Shown here piece after piece: positions 30,445 to 41,059 of a stretch of 64,000 nt of DNA. This DNA is from Candidatus Binatia bacterium. Its GTDB lineage: Bacteria > Desulfobacterota > Binatia > UBA9968 > JAJDTQ01. The DNA lies in assembly GCA_963666515.2 (NCBI GenBank), contig OY762897.2, positions 3,136,001 to 3,200,000 of the forward strand, in the 5' to 3' direction. Made by a program: the position numbers and the translations under genes. The notes below the pieces were generated by a model. It saw only the letters and a program-made list of their open reading frames with translations, ran no database searches and was not told the DNA's origin. The stretch's first letter is position 1. Each line of letters starts with the position of its first letter.

Positions 30445-31173
30445 TCAAGGGTTGTTGGAGGCACCTAACGCCTTGTCCGCGGCCCGCCGTACGCCAGCCT
30501 TGGCGCCGGACGGGAGGTAGGTGCCGTGGGCGGCGATGAGGGCGTCGAAATCGAGTTCGAGGAGACGGTCGAACTCGCGGCGCAGGGAGCCCTTATCGGG
30601 CGCCATCATCTTGAGCCAGAACGGGCCCAGGACGGTGGTCTTGGGAAAGCCGATGAACGGCATGGCCAAGCGAGCCATGAGGTTGTTGTGGGAGTAGTCG
30701 CCGTAGTGCTGGACGGCGTCGCAGGTCACCAGGATGCCAGGAGGACCGTGGATGAGCAGGGCTGCTTCCGGTTGCGCGATGCCGTTGAAGCAGAAGAGGT
30801 CCACGTCCGGGAAGGGCAACTCGGTGTCCGCCTCCAACGCCCGATCCGGAGGCGGCTCGGGATAGGCCGTTCCGCCGGGCTGGCGCCACAGCTCGGCGCC
30901 GAAGCGGTGCTTGTACCACGAGTCGTCGATGCCGTGAAACGCTCCGAGGCGGAAGATGCACTTCACCGTGCCGAGGTCCCCGAGCGCCTTCTCGCCCTCA
31001 GCGTTGAGGCGTATGGGGTTCACCAGGGTCAACTCATCGCCGTGCCGGATGATCAGCATGTTCCGGCTGATGCGCAGTACGGGATTCATGCGCATGGCGC
31101 CGCGGACGACGTACAGACGGTCCGTCAGAGCCTGTATCGGGTCATGCGGTTGGGCTGGGGCAAAGGTGTTCAC
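30445..31173 (-). CDS. Hypothetical protein, DUF4336/metallo-beta-lactamase-like
   Basis: RNMLIIR...NPIRL...LGAFHG...IAAHG. Confidence 0.55.
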   Translation of the reverse strand: MNTFAPAQPHDPIQALTDRLYVVRGAMRMNPVLRISRNMLIIRHGDELTLVNPIRLNAEGEKALGDLGTVKCIFRLGAFHGIDDSWYKHRFGAELWRQPGGTAYPEPPPDRALEADTELPFPDVDLFCFNGIAQPEAALLIHGPPGILVTCDAVQHYGDYSHNNLMARLAMPFIGFPKTTVLGPFWLKMMAPDKGSLRREFDRLLELDFDALIAAHGTYLPSGAKAGVRRAADKALGASNNP

Positions 31174-31177
31174 GGGG

Positions 31178-32533
31178 CTACTCCCCGGCCACGGTCATGC
31201 GGGCGATCTTGATCGTGGGGGCGGCCACGGGGCTTTGCGGGCGGAGGTCGTTGCCGAGCATTTCGACCTGGTTCAGCATGTCGTTGAGGTTTCCGGCGAT
31301 GGTCAGCTCGGACACGGGATACGCCAGCTCGCCGTTCTCGATCCAGATACCGGCGGCGCCCCTGGAGTAGTTGCCTGTGACGGCGTTGAAGCCGAAGCCC
31401 ATCAGCTCGGTGACGTAGAAGCCGTCGTCCACCGAGCCGATGATGTCCTCGGGGCCGTGATCGCCGGAGACCAGGTAGAGGTTCATGGGGGCCACCCCGG
31501 AGGGCTGGCCCACGCCCCGGGCGGCATTGCCGGTGGACTTGCCGCCGAGCTTCCGGGCGCTGTAGGCGTCCAGCAGGTAGCTTCTCAGGACGCCCGCCTC
31601 CACCACGTCCTTGCGCCGCACGCCGATGCCCTCGCCGTCGAACGGCCGCGACCCCAGGGCGCGCGGGATCGTGCCGTCATCGACGATGCGGACGAGGCCG
31701 GAAGCCACGGACTCACTGAGCCGGTCGCACAGGAAAGACGCGCGCTGGTAGAGGGCGTAGCCGGAAACCGCCTGGCCCACGTGCCGCACCAGGGTTCCCG
31801 CTACGGCCGCGTCGAACACCACCGGCACCTCGCGGGTGCGCACCTTGCGGGCGCCCAGCCGCCGGACCACGCGGCGCCCGGCCTCCCGGCCCACCGCTTT
31901 GGGGGAATCCAGCGCGTCCAGCCGGCGCGCCGCGGAGAACCAGTGGTCGCGCTCCATGGAGCCGTTGGAGGCGGCCACGGGCGCCACCGAGAGGCGGAAA
32001 GCGGAGGCGGCGTACTCGCCGGCAAAGCCCTCCGAGTTGGCGTGGATGACGCGGTTGAAGGCGGTGCCGAACTCCGCGCCCTCGGAGTTGGTGATGCGGG
32101 CGTCGTATTGCAGCGCGTGCTCCTCGGCCTCGCGGGCGGCGTCGATGCCGCGCTCCACCGGCAGGTCCCGCGCCTCTTCATCCAGCAGGTCCAGGTCCGG
32201 CACCTCCGCGGCCAGCTCGCCGGGTTCCGGCAGACCGCCGAACTCGTCCCTGGCCGTGGCCCGGGCCATGGCGCAGGTCTCCTCCAGCAAACGGTCCAGG
32301 GAGGTCCGTGACAGGTCGGACGTGGAGGTCGAGGCCGAGCTTGGGCCGAAGAACAGCCGCAGCCCCAGCCGGGTCTCGTGGGCCTGGCTCACGGTCTCCA
32401 CCTTGCCGAGCCGCACCCTCACGCGGACGCCCTCGTGCTCCGCCACGGTCACGTCGCCCTGCGAGGCGCCCCGCTCCTTCGCCCGCGCCAGCAGCCCCGC
32501 GGCCAGCTCCCGATCCACCGGCAAACGTTCCAT
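31178..32533 (-). CDS. pmbA: PmbA/TldE peptidase subunit
   Basis: PFDGEG, TGNYSRGAAG, TIAGNL; downstream of tldD. Confidence 0.9.
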   Translation of the reverse strand: MERLPVDRELAAGLLARAKERGASQGDVTVAEHEGVRVRVRLGKVETVSQAHETRLGLRLFFGPSSASTSTSDLSRTSLDRLLEETCAMARATARDEFGGLPEPGELAAEVPDLDLLDEEARDLPVERGIDAAREAEEHALQYDARITNSEGAEFGTAFNRVIHANSEGFAGEYAASAFRLSVAPVAASNGSMERDHWFSAARRLDALDSPKAVGREAGRRVVRRLGARKVRTREVPVVFDAAVAGTLVRHVGQAVSGYALYQRASFLCDRLSESVASGLVRIVDDGTIPRALGSRPFDGEGIGVRRKDVVEAGVLRSYLLDAYSARKLGGKSTGNAARGVGQPSGVAPMNLYLVSGDHGPEDIIGSVDDGFYVTELMGFGFNAVTGNYSRGAAGIWIENGELAYPVSELTIAGNLNDMLNQVEMLGNDLRPQSPVAAPTIKIARMTVAGE

Positions 32534-32540
32534 GTCCGCC

Positions 32541-34028
32541 TCAGCCCTGAAACCCGCTCGGCCCGCGCACGCTGGTGCCGCCCACCACGACCTGGTCCAC
32601 CCGGATGGTGGGCAGCCCCACCCCCACGGGCACCCCCTGGCCGTCCTTGCCGCAGGTGCCGATGCCGTCGTCCAGCGCCAGGTCCGCGCCCACCCGGCTC
32701 ACCCGCGTGAGCACGTCCGGCCCGTTGCCGATGAGGGTGGCGTCCCGCACCGGATGGGTCACCTTGCCGTCCTCGATGCGGTACGCCTCGTTGGCGGAGA
32801 AGACGAACTTGCCGCTGGTGATGTCCACCTGTCCGCCGCCGAAGGAGACCGCGTAGAGGCCGTCCTTCACCGAGCGGACGATGTCCTGCGGATCCTCCTC
32901 TCCGGCCAGCATGAAGGTGTTGGTCATGCGCGGCATGGGCACGTGGGCGTAGCTCTCGCGGCGGCCGTTGCCGGTAAGCTCCATGCCCAGGAGGGAGGCA
33001 TTCAGCCGGTCGTGCATGTAGCCCCGCAGGACGCCCTTCTCGATCAGCACCGTGCGCTGGGTCGGGGTGCCCTCGTCGTCCACGTTGAGGGAGCCCCGCC
33101 GCGACGGGATGGTGCCGTCGTCCACCACGGTGCACAGCTCGGTGGCCACGCGCTCGCCGATGCGGCCTGAGAAGGCCGAGGTCCTGCGGCGGTTGAAGTC
33201 GGCCTCCAGCCCGTGCCCGATGGCCTCGTGCAGCAGGATGCCGGGCCAGCCCGGCCCCAGCACCACGTCCATGGGGCCGGCGGGCGCCGCCGCCGCTTCC
33301 AGGTTCACCAGCGCCCGGCGCACCGCCTCCCGGGCATGGGCCTCCAGCCGCTCCGCGTCCGTGCACTCGTCCAGCGACAGGCGCCCGCCCCAGCCGAAGT
33401 ACCCGGCCTGCCGGTTGCCGTCGGCCTCGACGATGCAGCGGACGTTGCACCGCACCAGCGGCTGGAAGTCCCCCAGCACCCAGCCCTGGGACGAGGCGAT
33501 GAGGACGACCTTGTTCTCCAGCAGCAGGGAGGCGAACACTCCCTTGACCCGGGGGTCCGCGGCTCGGGCGAACCGGTCCAGGTCCTGCAACAGGCCGATC
33601 TTCCGCTCCAGGGGGACGTCCGGGAACGAGTGGGGCACCGGGTAGAGGTCGTGCCGGAGGTCGGCGGGCGCCGGAACCCGCGCCGGCCGCGCCGAACCCC
33701 GGTCGTTGGCGATGACGTTGGCCGTCCTCACCGCCGAATCCAGGTTGCTGATGGTGACGTCGTCGGTGAAGGCGTAGCCGGTCTTCTCCTCGGCCAGCAC
33801 CCGCGCGCCCACGCCGTTGGCGGTGGAGACCGACGCGTGCTTGACCAGACCCTCTTCGAGATGGACCTGGTCGTTGGTGCGGTACTCGAAGTAGAGGTCC
33901 GCGTAGTCCGCCTCGCGGGCCATGGCCCGGCCGAGGACCCGGTCCAGGTCCCGTGCGGTGACGCCGAACCGCTCGTCGAAAAATGCCGCCGGCGAGAACG
34001 CGGGCGGACTCGTTGATCCCTTGTCCAA
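32541..34028 (-). CDS. tldD: TldD metalloprotease
   Basis: HEAIGHGLEADF, PRMTNT, CGKDGQGVPV. Confidence 0.95.
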   Translation of the reverse strand: MDKGSTSPPAFSPAAFFDERFGVTARDLDRVLGRAMAREADYADLYFEYRTNDQVHLEEGLVKHASVSTANGVGARVLAEEKTGYAFTDDVTISNLDSAVRTANVIANDRGSARPARVPAPADLRHDLYPVPHSFPDVPLERKIGLLQDLDRFARAADPRVKGVFASLLLENKVVLIASSQGWVLGDFQPLVRCNVRCIVEADGNRQAGYFGWGGRLSLDECTDAERLEAHAREAVRRALVNLEAAAAPAGPMDVVLGPGWPGILLHEAIGHGLEADFNRRRTSAFSGRIGERVATELCTVVDDGTIPSRRGSLNVDDEGTPTQRTVLIEKGVLRGYMHDRLNASLLGMELTGNGRRESYAHVPMPRMTNTFMLAGEEDPQDIVRSVKDGLYAVSFGGGQVDITSGKFVFSANEAYRIEDGKVTHPVRDATLIGNGPDVLTRVSRVGADLALDDGIGTCGKDGQGVPVGVGLPTIRVDQVVVGGTSVRGPSGFQG

Positions 34029-34188
34029 GCTGCTTCCCTTTCCTTACGTCAGACTACCTAGTATGCTATGGGGAGAACCGTTGCGCCGCCGCTCCGCCTT
34101 CTCGCCGGCAAGGGAACAGTCTACCGGCAACGAATGAAACATGAAAGGATGCGGCGCGCTCCGGCGGCAGTTTCGAGGAGTTGGATCG

Positions 34189-35256
34189 ATGGACAAGAAG
34201 GTCGTTCACGTTGTCGGCACGGGCACCATAGGCGAGCCGCTCATCGGCATCCTGGCGAGCTTCCGGGAAGCCTTCGGCATTGACGAGGTGACGTTCAACA
34301 AGCAGACGCCGCGGGTCACCGACCGCTCCAAGGTCACCGCGCTCCAGGGCAAGGGCGCCAGGCTGAGCGTCGAGAAGGATCACTGGGACGAGTTCGCCAA
34401 GCTCGGCATGACCCCGTCCTTCGACTCGGAAGCCGCCATCGAGCGCGCCTCGGTGGTCATCGACTGCACGCCGGTCGGCAACGAGAACAAGGAAAAGTAT
34501 TACCAGCATTACGCCGGCGCCAACGGCAAGGGATTCATCGCCCAGGGCAGCGAATTCGGGTTCGGCAGGATGTATGCCCGGGGCATCAACGACGCCGCCC
34601 TCCAGAGGGAAGAAGACCGTTTCGTCCAGGTGGTGAGCTGCAACACCCACAACCTGGCGGTGCTCATCGACACCCTGGCCCTGGGACCGGAAAAGGAAGA
34701 CAACCTGGAGGCCGGACGCTTCGTGTGCATGCGGCGGGCCAACGACATCAGCCAGGAGGGAGACTTCATCCCCGCGCCCGAGGTGGGAAGGCACGACGAC
34801 GACCGCTTCGGCACCCACCAGGGACGCGACGCCTACTACCTGTTCAAGTCCCTGGGGTTCGATCTCGACATCTATTCCTCCGCTCTCAAGATCAACACCC
34901 AGTACATGCACACCATCCACTTCAACCTGATCCTCAAGCGCGCCATCGCCATGGAGCAGCTCATGCAGCGGATCCGGGCGAACCGCCGCATCGCCGTCAC
35001 CAACAAGAAGTCGTCGGCGTCGGTGTTCTCCTTCGGCCGGGACCACGGCCTGTTCGGGCGCATCCTGAACCACACCGCCATCGTCACCCAGAGCCTGGCG
35101 CTCAGGGGGGACCGGGAAGTGGTGGGCATGTGCTTCACCTCCCAGGACGGCAACTCGCTCCTCAGCAGCATCGCGGCCACCCTGTGGCTGCTCAATCCCG
35201 ACACCTACGAGGAGCGCCTGCAGCCCATCCGGCCCTACTTCTTCAGGGAGATCTGA
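34189..35256 (+). CDS. Divergent archaeal-type (class II) GAPDH-like dehydrogenase
   Basis: GTGTIG Rossmann motif, VIDCTP, QGSE, VVSCNTH, RRAND; GAGGAG RBS. Confidence 0.7.
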   Translation: MDKKVVHVVGTGTIGEPLIGILASFREAFGIDEVTFNKQTPRVTDRSKVTALQGKGARLSVEKDHWDEFAKLGMTPSFDSEAAIERASVVIDCTPVGNENKEKYYQHYAGANGKGFIAQGSEFGFGRMYARGINDAALQREEDRFVQVVSCNTHNLAVLIDTLALGPEKEDNLEAGRFVCMRRANDISQEGDFIPAPEVGRHDDDRFGTHQGRDAYYLFKSLGFDLDIYSSALKINTQYMHTIHFNLILKRAIAMEQLMQRIRANRRIAVTNKKSSASVFSFGRDHGLFGRILNHTAIVTQSLALRGDREVVGMCFTSQDGNSLLSSIAATLWLLNPDTYEERLQPIRPYFFREI

Positions 35257-35755
35257 TTCGGTCGAAGCGGGCCGCGTCGCCCACCGCGATGCCGTTCCGG
35301 CGCGCCGTGCCGGCCCGCACCTCCAGCGCGTAGCGGCTGGGAACCCCCACGCTCACGGAGCGGGTGGAGAACGGCACCGTCTCGCGAACGATCCCCACCA
35401 CCCGCCGGCGCGAGTCCATGAAGATGATGTCCAGGGACAGGGGCGTGTTCTTCATCCAGAACGATTGATCCTTCTCGCCGGGGAACACGAACAGCATGCC
35501 CTCGTCCGCCCCCAGCTCGCTCCGGTACATCAACCCCCACCGCCGCTTCGCCTCGGTGTCGGCCACCTCCACCCGGAAGCGCGCCTTGACGCCCTCGGGA
35601 CCCTCGAAGCTCACCGTCGGGGCGTTGTCGCAGGCGGCCAGGCCGCAGAGCAGGAGCGCGCACCCCAACCAGACAAGCCAGCGCACGCCGGTCCCGCATG
35701 GTTTCAGGACGTGGCCCACTCGCCACCCCACAGCCGGGCAAGGAACTGACGCCAC
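35243..35755 (-). CDS. DUF192 family lipoprotein-like protein
   Basis: VEVADT...GLMYR...GMLFVF...FWMKNT. Confidence 0.9.
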   Translation of the reverse strand: MASVPCPAVGWRVGHVLKPCGTGVRWLVWLGCALLLCGLAACDNAPTVSFEGPEGVKARFRVEVADTEAKRRWGLMYRSELGADEGMLFVFPGEKDQSFWMKNTPLSLDIIFMDSRRRVVGIVRETVPFSTRSVSVGVPSRYALEVRAGTARRNGIAVGDAARFDRIRSP

Positions 35756-36858
35756 GGCAGGATGTCGATGCCGTCCACCCGGCGAGCCATCGGTTCCAGG
35801 GATACCAGCACGTAGTCGGAAAGCGCGTTCTCCTCACGAAGCGCCAGCAAGCCTCGCAGGTCGCGACGTGACACCGCCTTCTTCGCCTTCACTTCAACGG
35901 CGAGTTTGCCGACGATGAAGTCCACTTCAAACTGAGACTTCGAACGCCAGTACATGGGCGGTTCGAGCAGATGGTAGTCACAGAACGCCTTGATCTCCTG
36001 CAACACGAGGCTCTCGAATGCCTCGCCATATTCGACCGTGCCCACGGGAAGACCGCTGCGCCCTTGCAGATGCCGGGCCAGTCCGATGTCGAACAGGTAG
36101 TACTTGGAGGTCGAGACCGCCTTGCGTTTGCGCGTTTCGGTATACGCGGGTATCTCGTGTGCGATGAACGTGTCTGTCAGTATCCCGTAGTATTCCCGCA
36201 CCGTGGACGCGGGCACTTGGGCGTCGCTCGCGATCTGCGCGAAATTGATCATCTGCCCGTGTGACAAGGCCGCCACCTCCAGAAATCGGCTGAATGCGCC
36301 AATGTTCCGGACCAGAGCCTCTGCCGCGACTTCCTCCTTGAGGTAGTCTCCCGAGTAGGCGGCCAAGTCCTCCGCGGGCGAGTCGGAAAAATAGATCGGC
36401 GGCAGCATGCCGAATTCGAGCGCTCTATCCAAACGGAAGTGATCGCCAAGCTCGGCGCTGACAAACGGGTGCAGCACGCGTGAACGCGCCCGGCCGCCGA
36501 GCAGATTGACGCCCTTGCGTCGCAACGTACGCGCACTCGACCCGGTCAGGAAGAAGCGAACGCCGTGCTCTTCGATCATGAGCTGGACTTCGTTCAACAG
36601 TGCCGGCATCTTTTGAATCTCGTCGATCACGACGAGCCGTGTTTCCGGCGTGAGCGCCTCTCTGATCAGCCCCGGGTTCCGGGAAAGGCGTATGAACAGC
36701 GTCTGATCAAGCAGATTGTAGGCGGGGACGTCCGCCAGTTGCTGACGGATCAGGGTAGATTTTCCCGTCTGCCGCGGGCCGAAGAGGAAACAGGATTTCT
36801 GTTTCAGCAACTCTCGGGCATCGAGGTGACGTGCGATGATGGAATCAGGCATTCTCAT
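35704..36858 (-). CDS. AAA_14 ATPase + DUF4143 protein
   Basis: GPRQTGKS, IDEIQK, LTGSSAR, LFDIG, EVDF...EVK. Confidence 0.88.
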   Translation of the reverse strand: MRMPDSIIARHLDARELLKQKSCFLFGPRQTGKSTLIRQQLADVPAYNLLDQTLFIRLSRNPGLIREALTPETRLVVIDEIQKMPALLNEVQLMIEEHGVRFFLTGSSARTLRRKGVNLLGGRARSRVLHPFVSAELGDHFRLDRALEFGMLPPIYFSDSPAEDLAAYSGDYLKEEVAAEALVRNIGAFSRFLEVAALSHGQMINFAQIASDAQVPASTVREYYGILTDTFIAHEIPAYTETRKRKAVSTSKYYLFDIGLARHLQGRSGLPVGTVEYGEAFESLVLQEIKAFCDYHLLEPPMYWRSKSQFEVDFIVGKLAVEVKAKKAVSRRDLRGLLALREENALSDYVLVSLEPMARRVDGIDILPWRQFLARLWGGEWATS

Positions 36859-36976
36859 GACAATCAGCGACTGAGCTGTTGTTTAACATGACAGTCAACG
36901 AAAGGATTGTCAATTGGTCGAGATTATCCCATTCGGGAGGTCCGGCTGGAACATTGGCGCTAAACGTCCATTTCGG

Positions 36977-38971
36977 CTAGACTGAACTTCGAGCGACGAG
37001 ATATACTAACTTATTGATTTGGAAGGGGAAAGGGGCGAAGGGGGTATGGGTTACTGAGTACGTTCGAGGCGCACCCCCAAGAGTTGGAAGATTTGAGCCT
37101 GGAGGGGGGTGGGGCGGGTAATGATGTCGAAGGGTTGAGAGTTGGCGAGTTGGGGAGCGACGACGCTGTTTATGGCGATGGTGGCCAGGTCGTCGAGCAG
37201 GGAGCGGAAGCTGTGCACGGGCAGGCCGGTGGCTGTGATCTTGCGGTCGGCCTTGTCCTTGGCGGCGGGGGAGACCTGAGCGGGGGCGACCACGGAGGGG
37301 CGCAGGGCTTCAGCGGCTTGTGGATCGTGGTCGTCGAACAGCAGGGGCTTGAGGCGTTGGCGCATGTGCCACTCGACATAGTAGGCGAGCATGCACAGGA
37401 AGACGTGTGCACGGACCCTGCGGGCGGCGTAGTGGAAGATGGGGCGTACCTTGAGGTCCACGGTCTTGTAGCTGCGGAAGGCTCGTTCCACCACACTCAG
37501 ACTCTTGTAGGCGCCCACCGTCTCCTGAGTATTCAACACCGCCGTGGGTACGCTGGTGCGGATGACGTAGAAGCCGTCAAGGGCGGCTTCCTGAGCGATG
37601 GCTTCGGCACGGCGTTCATAGGTCAAGACGCCGTCCTCCGAGACTGCGGTCTCGAAGTGCTTGCCGACCTTGTGCTGGCTCAGGACCTTGCCGAGGCGCT
37701 GCTGGATGCGGCCGGGGTCGGTCAAGCGGCGCTTCTCTCGGGTGGTGGCGGCGACGATGCGGTCGAGTTCCCGTTCGGTGGCCTGGAGCAAGGCTTCGCG
37801 CTTGCGCGCCCGCTCTTGGGCCAGCAGGGGATTGCGGCACACGATCAGGCGTTCTGCGGGATAGTCCTGGGATGTGATCTCGGCCAAGTGGCGCTGGTCG
37901 AACAGCGAGGGTTGCAAAGCCCCGTCTTCGGCCAGCCTGCGGATGGCCGGTGCGCGCAAGGCGCTGATCCAGTCCAACCCGGCGGGTTGCACTTCCTCGC
38001 GGATGCGCGCTGTGGTGAGCATGCCCCGGTCCCCCACCAGCACCACTCGGGAAAGGGCGAAGCGTCGGCGCAGCTTGTCGATCTGGGTGCTCAGGGTGGC
38101 GGGGTCTGCGGTGTGGCCCTCGAACACCTCCACCGCTACGGGACAGCCCTCTCGGTTGCACAACAGTCCGAAGACGATCTGAAGCTTGCCCCGTTTGCCG
38201 TCGCGGGAGTAGCCGTGCCGGGCCAGAGGACAGCGTCGGCCCTCGACGTAGCTTGAGGTCACGTCGTAGAGCACCAGGGAGCCTTCCTCAAGATGGCGCT
38301 TGGCCAGACGCTTCTCGATGGCCCCTTGGCGTTCCAACAGCCAGTCCATGGCCGCGTACAGGTCATCCTCGTTGCTGTCGTCCAGACCGAGGGTTGAGGC
38401 CAGCGAATCCCGAGCGGTTTCCCGAGCCAGGCCGCGGGCGGTGGCCAGCTTCGAGCCCGGGGCCAGGACACGGGCCACCACCAGGGCGAGGACGCGGTCC
38501 CGTTCGGGCGAGGGTTGGGGTGAGATGAGGCGGTCCAATTCCAGCTTGCGCACGGTGCCCAGGGTAGCGGCCACATGACCGTGGGGCAGGGAGCGGACGA
38601 TGTCGAAGGTTTGTTCCGGGGCCGCCAGCGGCTCGTCCTTGAGCACCCGACGCAGGGCTTCTACCCTGGCCTGGGGCCATTTGGAGAGGTTGGCGAGGGT
38701 GCGGCTTTTGACTTTGCCGTTGTGGCGGTAGCTTTCCCGCAGCAGGATGGCCGGGGGCGAGTTGCGGTTGGGGACGGCGGTTACGTACATGCCTACTATA
38801 ATAGGCTGCAATCAGAACTTTGTCAATAAATAAAACAACAAATGACTCACGCATCCCGCATTTACATGCCTACATATAAACCCCCTTTCTACCTCGTGCC
38901 TGTGATTCCCTTGCCTTTTCAATCACTTGGCTCCGCAGCTCGCGCTTGGTAAACAGGGAAGTTCAGGCTAG
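36977..38971. mobile_element. IS1634-family insertion sequence
   Basis: Inverted ends CTAGACTGAACTTC and GAAGTTCAGGCTAG (13/14 match) bracket the transposase. Confidence 0.8.
37051..38790 (-). CDS. IS1634-family DDE transposase
   Basis: LYDVTSSY, GYSRDGK, VGDRGM, VERAFR...VRPIFH. Confidence 0.92.
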   Translation of the reverse strand: MYVTAVPNRNSPPAILLRESYRHNGKVKSRTLANLSKWPQARVEALRRVLKDEPLAAPEQTFDIVRSLPHGHVAATLGTVRKLELDRLISPQPSPERDRVLALVVARVLAPGSKLATARGLARETARDSLASTLGLDDSNEDDLYAAMDWLLERQGAIEKRLAKRHLEEGSLVLYDVTSSYVEGRRCPLARHGYSRDGKRGKLQIVFGLLCNREGCPVAVEVFEGHTADPATLSTQIDKLRRRFALSRVVLVGDRGMLTTARIREEVQPAGLDWISALRAPAIRRLAEDGALQPSLFDQRHLAEITSQDYPAERLIVCRNPLLAQERARKREALLQATERELDRIVAATTREKRRLTDPGRIQQRLGKVLSQHKVGKHFETAVSEDGVLTYERRAEAIAQEAALDGFYVIRTSVPTAVLNTQETVGAYKSLSVVERAFRSYKTVDLKVRPIFHYAARRVRAHVFLCMLAYYVEWHMRQRLKPLLFDDHDPQAAEALRPSVVAPAQVSPAAKDKADRKITATGLPVHSFRSLLDDLATIAINSVVAPQLANSQPFDIITRPTPLQAQIFQLLGVRLERTQ

Positions 38972-38983
38972 AAAGGATTGCCG

Positions 38984-40474
38984 ATGATCCAGCCTTCCTA
39001 CCGCGAGTTCACCGAACTCGCCAGACAGGGGAACGTGGTCCCGGTCTACGAGGAGATCCTCATGGACCTCGAAACTCCCGTCTCCTTCTACAACCGCCTC
39101 AGGAAGAGCCGCCACTCGTTCCTGCTGGAGAGCGTCGAAGGCAGCGAGCGCTGGGCGCGCTACTCCTTCCTGGGCACCGCGCCCGAGCTGGTGTTCAAGG
39201 CCTGGGGCCGCGAGGTTGAGATCACCCGCGGGCGGAAGACGGAGCGGCGGACCATCGACGATCCGCTGCAGGCGCTGGCGGAGATCCTCGACCGATACCG
39301 GCCGGCCCCCGGCCTGCCGGATCTCCCCTTCACCGGCGGCGCCCTGGGCTACGTGGCCTACGACGCGGTGGAGATGCTGCACGAGGTTCCGAACGCGGCC
39401 GAGCGGGCGAGCCGTTTCCCCGACATCTATTTCCTGCTGGTGCGCACCCTGGTGAGCTTCGACAACCTCAAGCACACCATCACGATCATCGACAACGTCC
39501 CCATCGAAAAGGGCGCGCGCCCGCGGGTCCTGTACGAGGACGCCGTCTCCCGCATCGAAAAACTGCGGTCATCGCTGCGGAAATCACCCAAGACCCTGGA
39601 GGCGCGGAGCCTGGCCGGCTCAGGCGCGACCGTCAACTACACCTCCAACGTCACGCGGCAGAAGTTCCACGCCATGGTGCGCAAGGGCAAGGAATACATC
39701 GCCGCCGGCGACGTCATCCAGGTGGTGCTGTCCCAGCGGCTGGAGGCCCGCACGCGGGTCGAGCCGTTCGAGATCTACCGCGCCCTGCGGTTCACCAACC
39801 CGTCTCCCTACATGTTCTTCCTGGAACTGGACGACCTCAAGATCATCGGCTCCTCCCCGGAGATCCTGGTCCGCCTAACCGGCCGGAACATCGAGCTGCG
39901 GCCCATCGCCGGCACCCGGCCCCGAGGCCGCGACGAGCAGCAAGAACGGGAGCTGGAGGAAGACCTCCTGGCCGACCCCAAGGAGCGGGCCGAGCACATC
40001 ATGCTGGTGGACCTCGGGCGCAACGACGTGGGACGGGTGGCCGAGGTGGGCACGGTGGAGGTGGACCAGCTCATGACCATCGAGCGCTATTCCCACGTCA
40101 TGCACATCGTCTCCAACATCAAGGCGGCGCTGGCGCGGGGGAAGACGCCGCTGGACCTGTTCGGCTCCTGCTTCCCCGCGGGCACGGTCTCCGGGGCGCC
40201 CAAGATCAGGGCCATGCAGATCATCAGCGAGCTGGAGCCGCAAAGGCGGGGGCTCTACGCCGGCGCCGTCGGCTACTTGAGCTTCAACGGGAACCTGGAC
40301 ACCTGCATCGCCATCCGCACCATCACGGTCCACGACGGCGCCGCGGTCATCCAGGCCGGCGCCGGCATCGTCGCCGACTCCGATCCCGCCACCGAGTACG
40401 AGGAGACCCTCAACAAGGCCCGGGGCATGCTCAAGGCCATCGGGCTGGCGGAATCCTGGAGCAAGGAGCGGTAG
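38984..40474 (+). CDS. trpE: Anthranilate synthase component I
   Basis: LLESVEG, NPSPYMF, PIAGTRPRG, EHIMLVDLGRND, GAPKIRAM. Confidence 0.95.
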   Translation: MIQPSYREFTELARQGNVVPVYEEILMDLETPVSFYNRLRKSRHSFLLESVEGSERWARYSFLGTAPELVFKAWGREVEITRGRKTERRTIDDPLQALAEILDRYRPAPGLPDLPFTGGALGYVAYDAVEMLHEVPNAAERASRFPDIYFLLVRTLVSFDNLKHTITIIDNVPIEKGARPRVLYEDAVSRIEKLRSSLRKSPKTLEARSLAGSGATVNYTSNVTRQKFHAMVRKGKEYIAAGDVIQVVLSQRLEARTRVEPFEIYRALRFTNPSPYMFFLELDDLKIIGSSPEILVRLTGRNIELRPIAGTRPRGRDEQQERELEEDLLADPKERAEHIMLVDLGRNDVGRVAEVGTVEVDQLMTIERYSHVMHIVSNIKAALARGKTPLDLFGSCFPAGTVSGAPKIRAMQIISELEPQRRGLYAGAVGYLSFNGNLDTCIAIRTITVHDGAAVIQAGAGIVADSDPATEYEETLNKARGMLKAIGLAESWSKER

Positions 40475-40489
40475 CGCCCGGACACCAAC

Positions 40490-41049
<560 letters not shown>

Positions 41050-41059
<10 letters not shown>

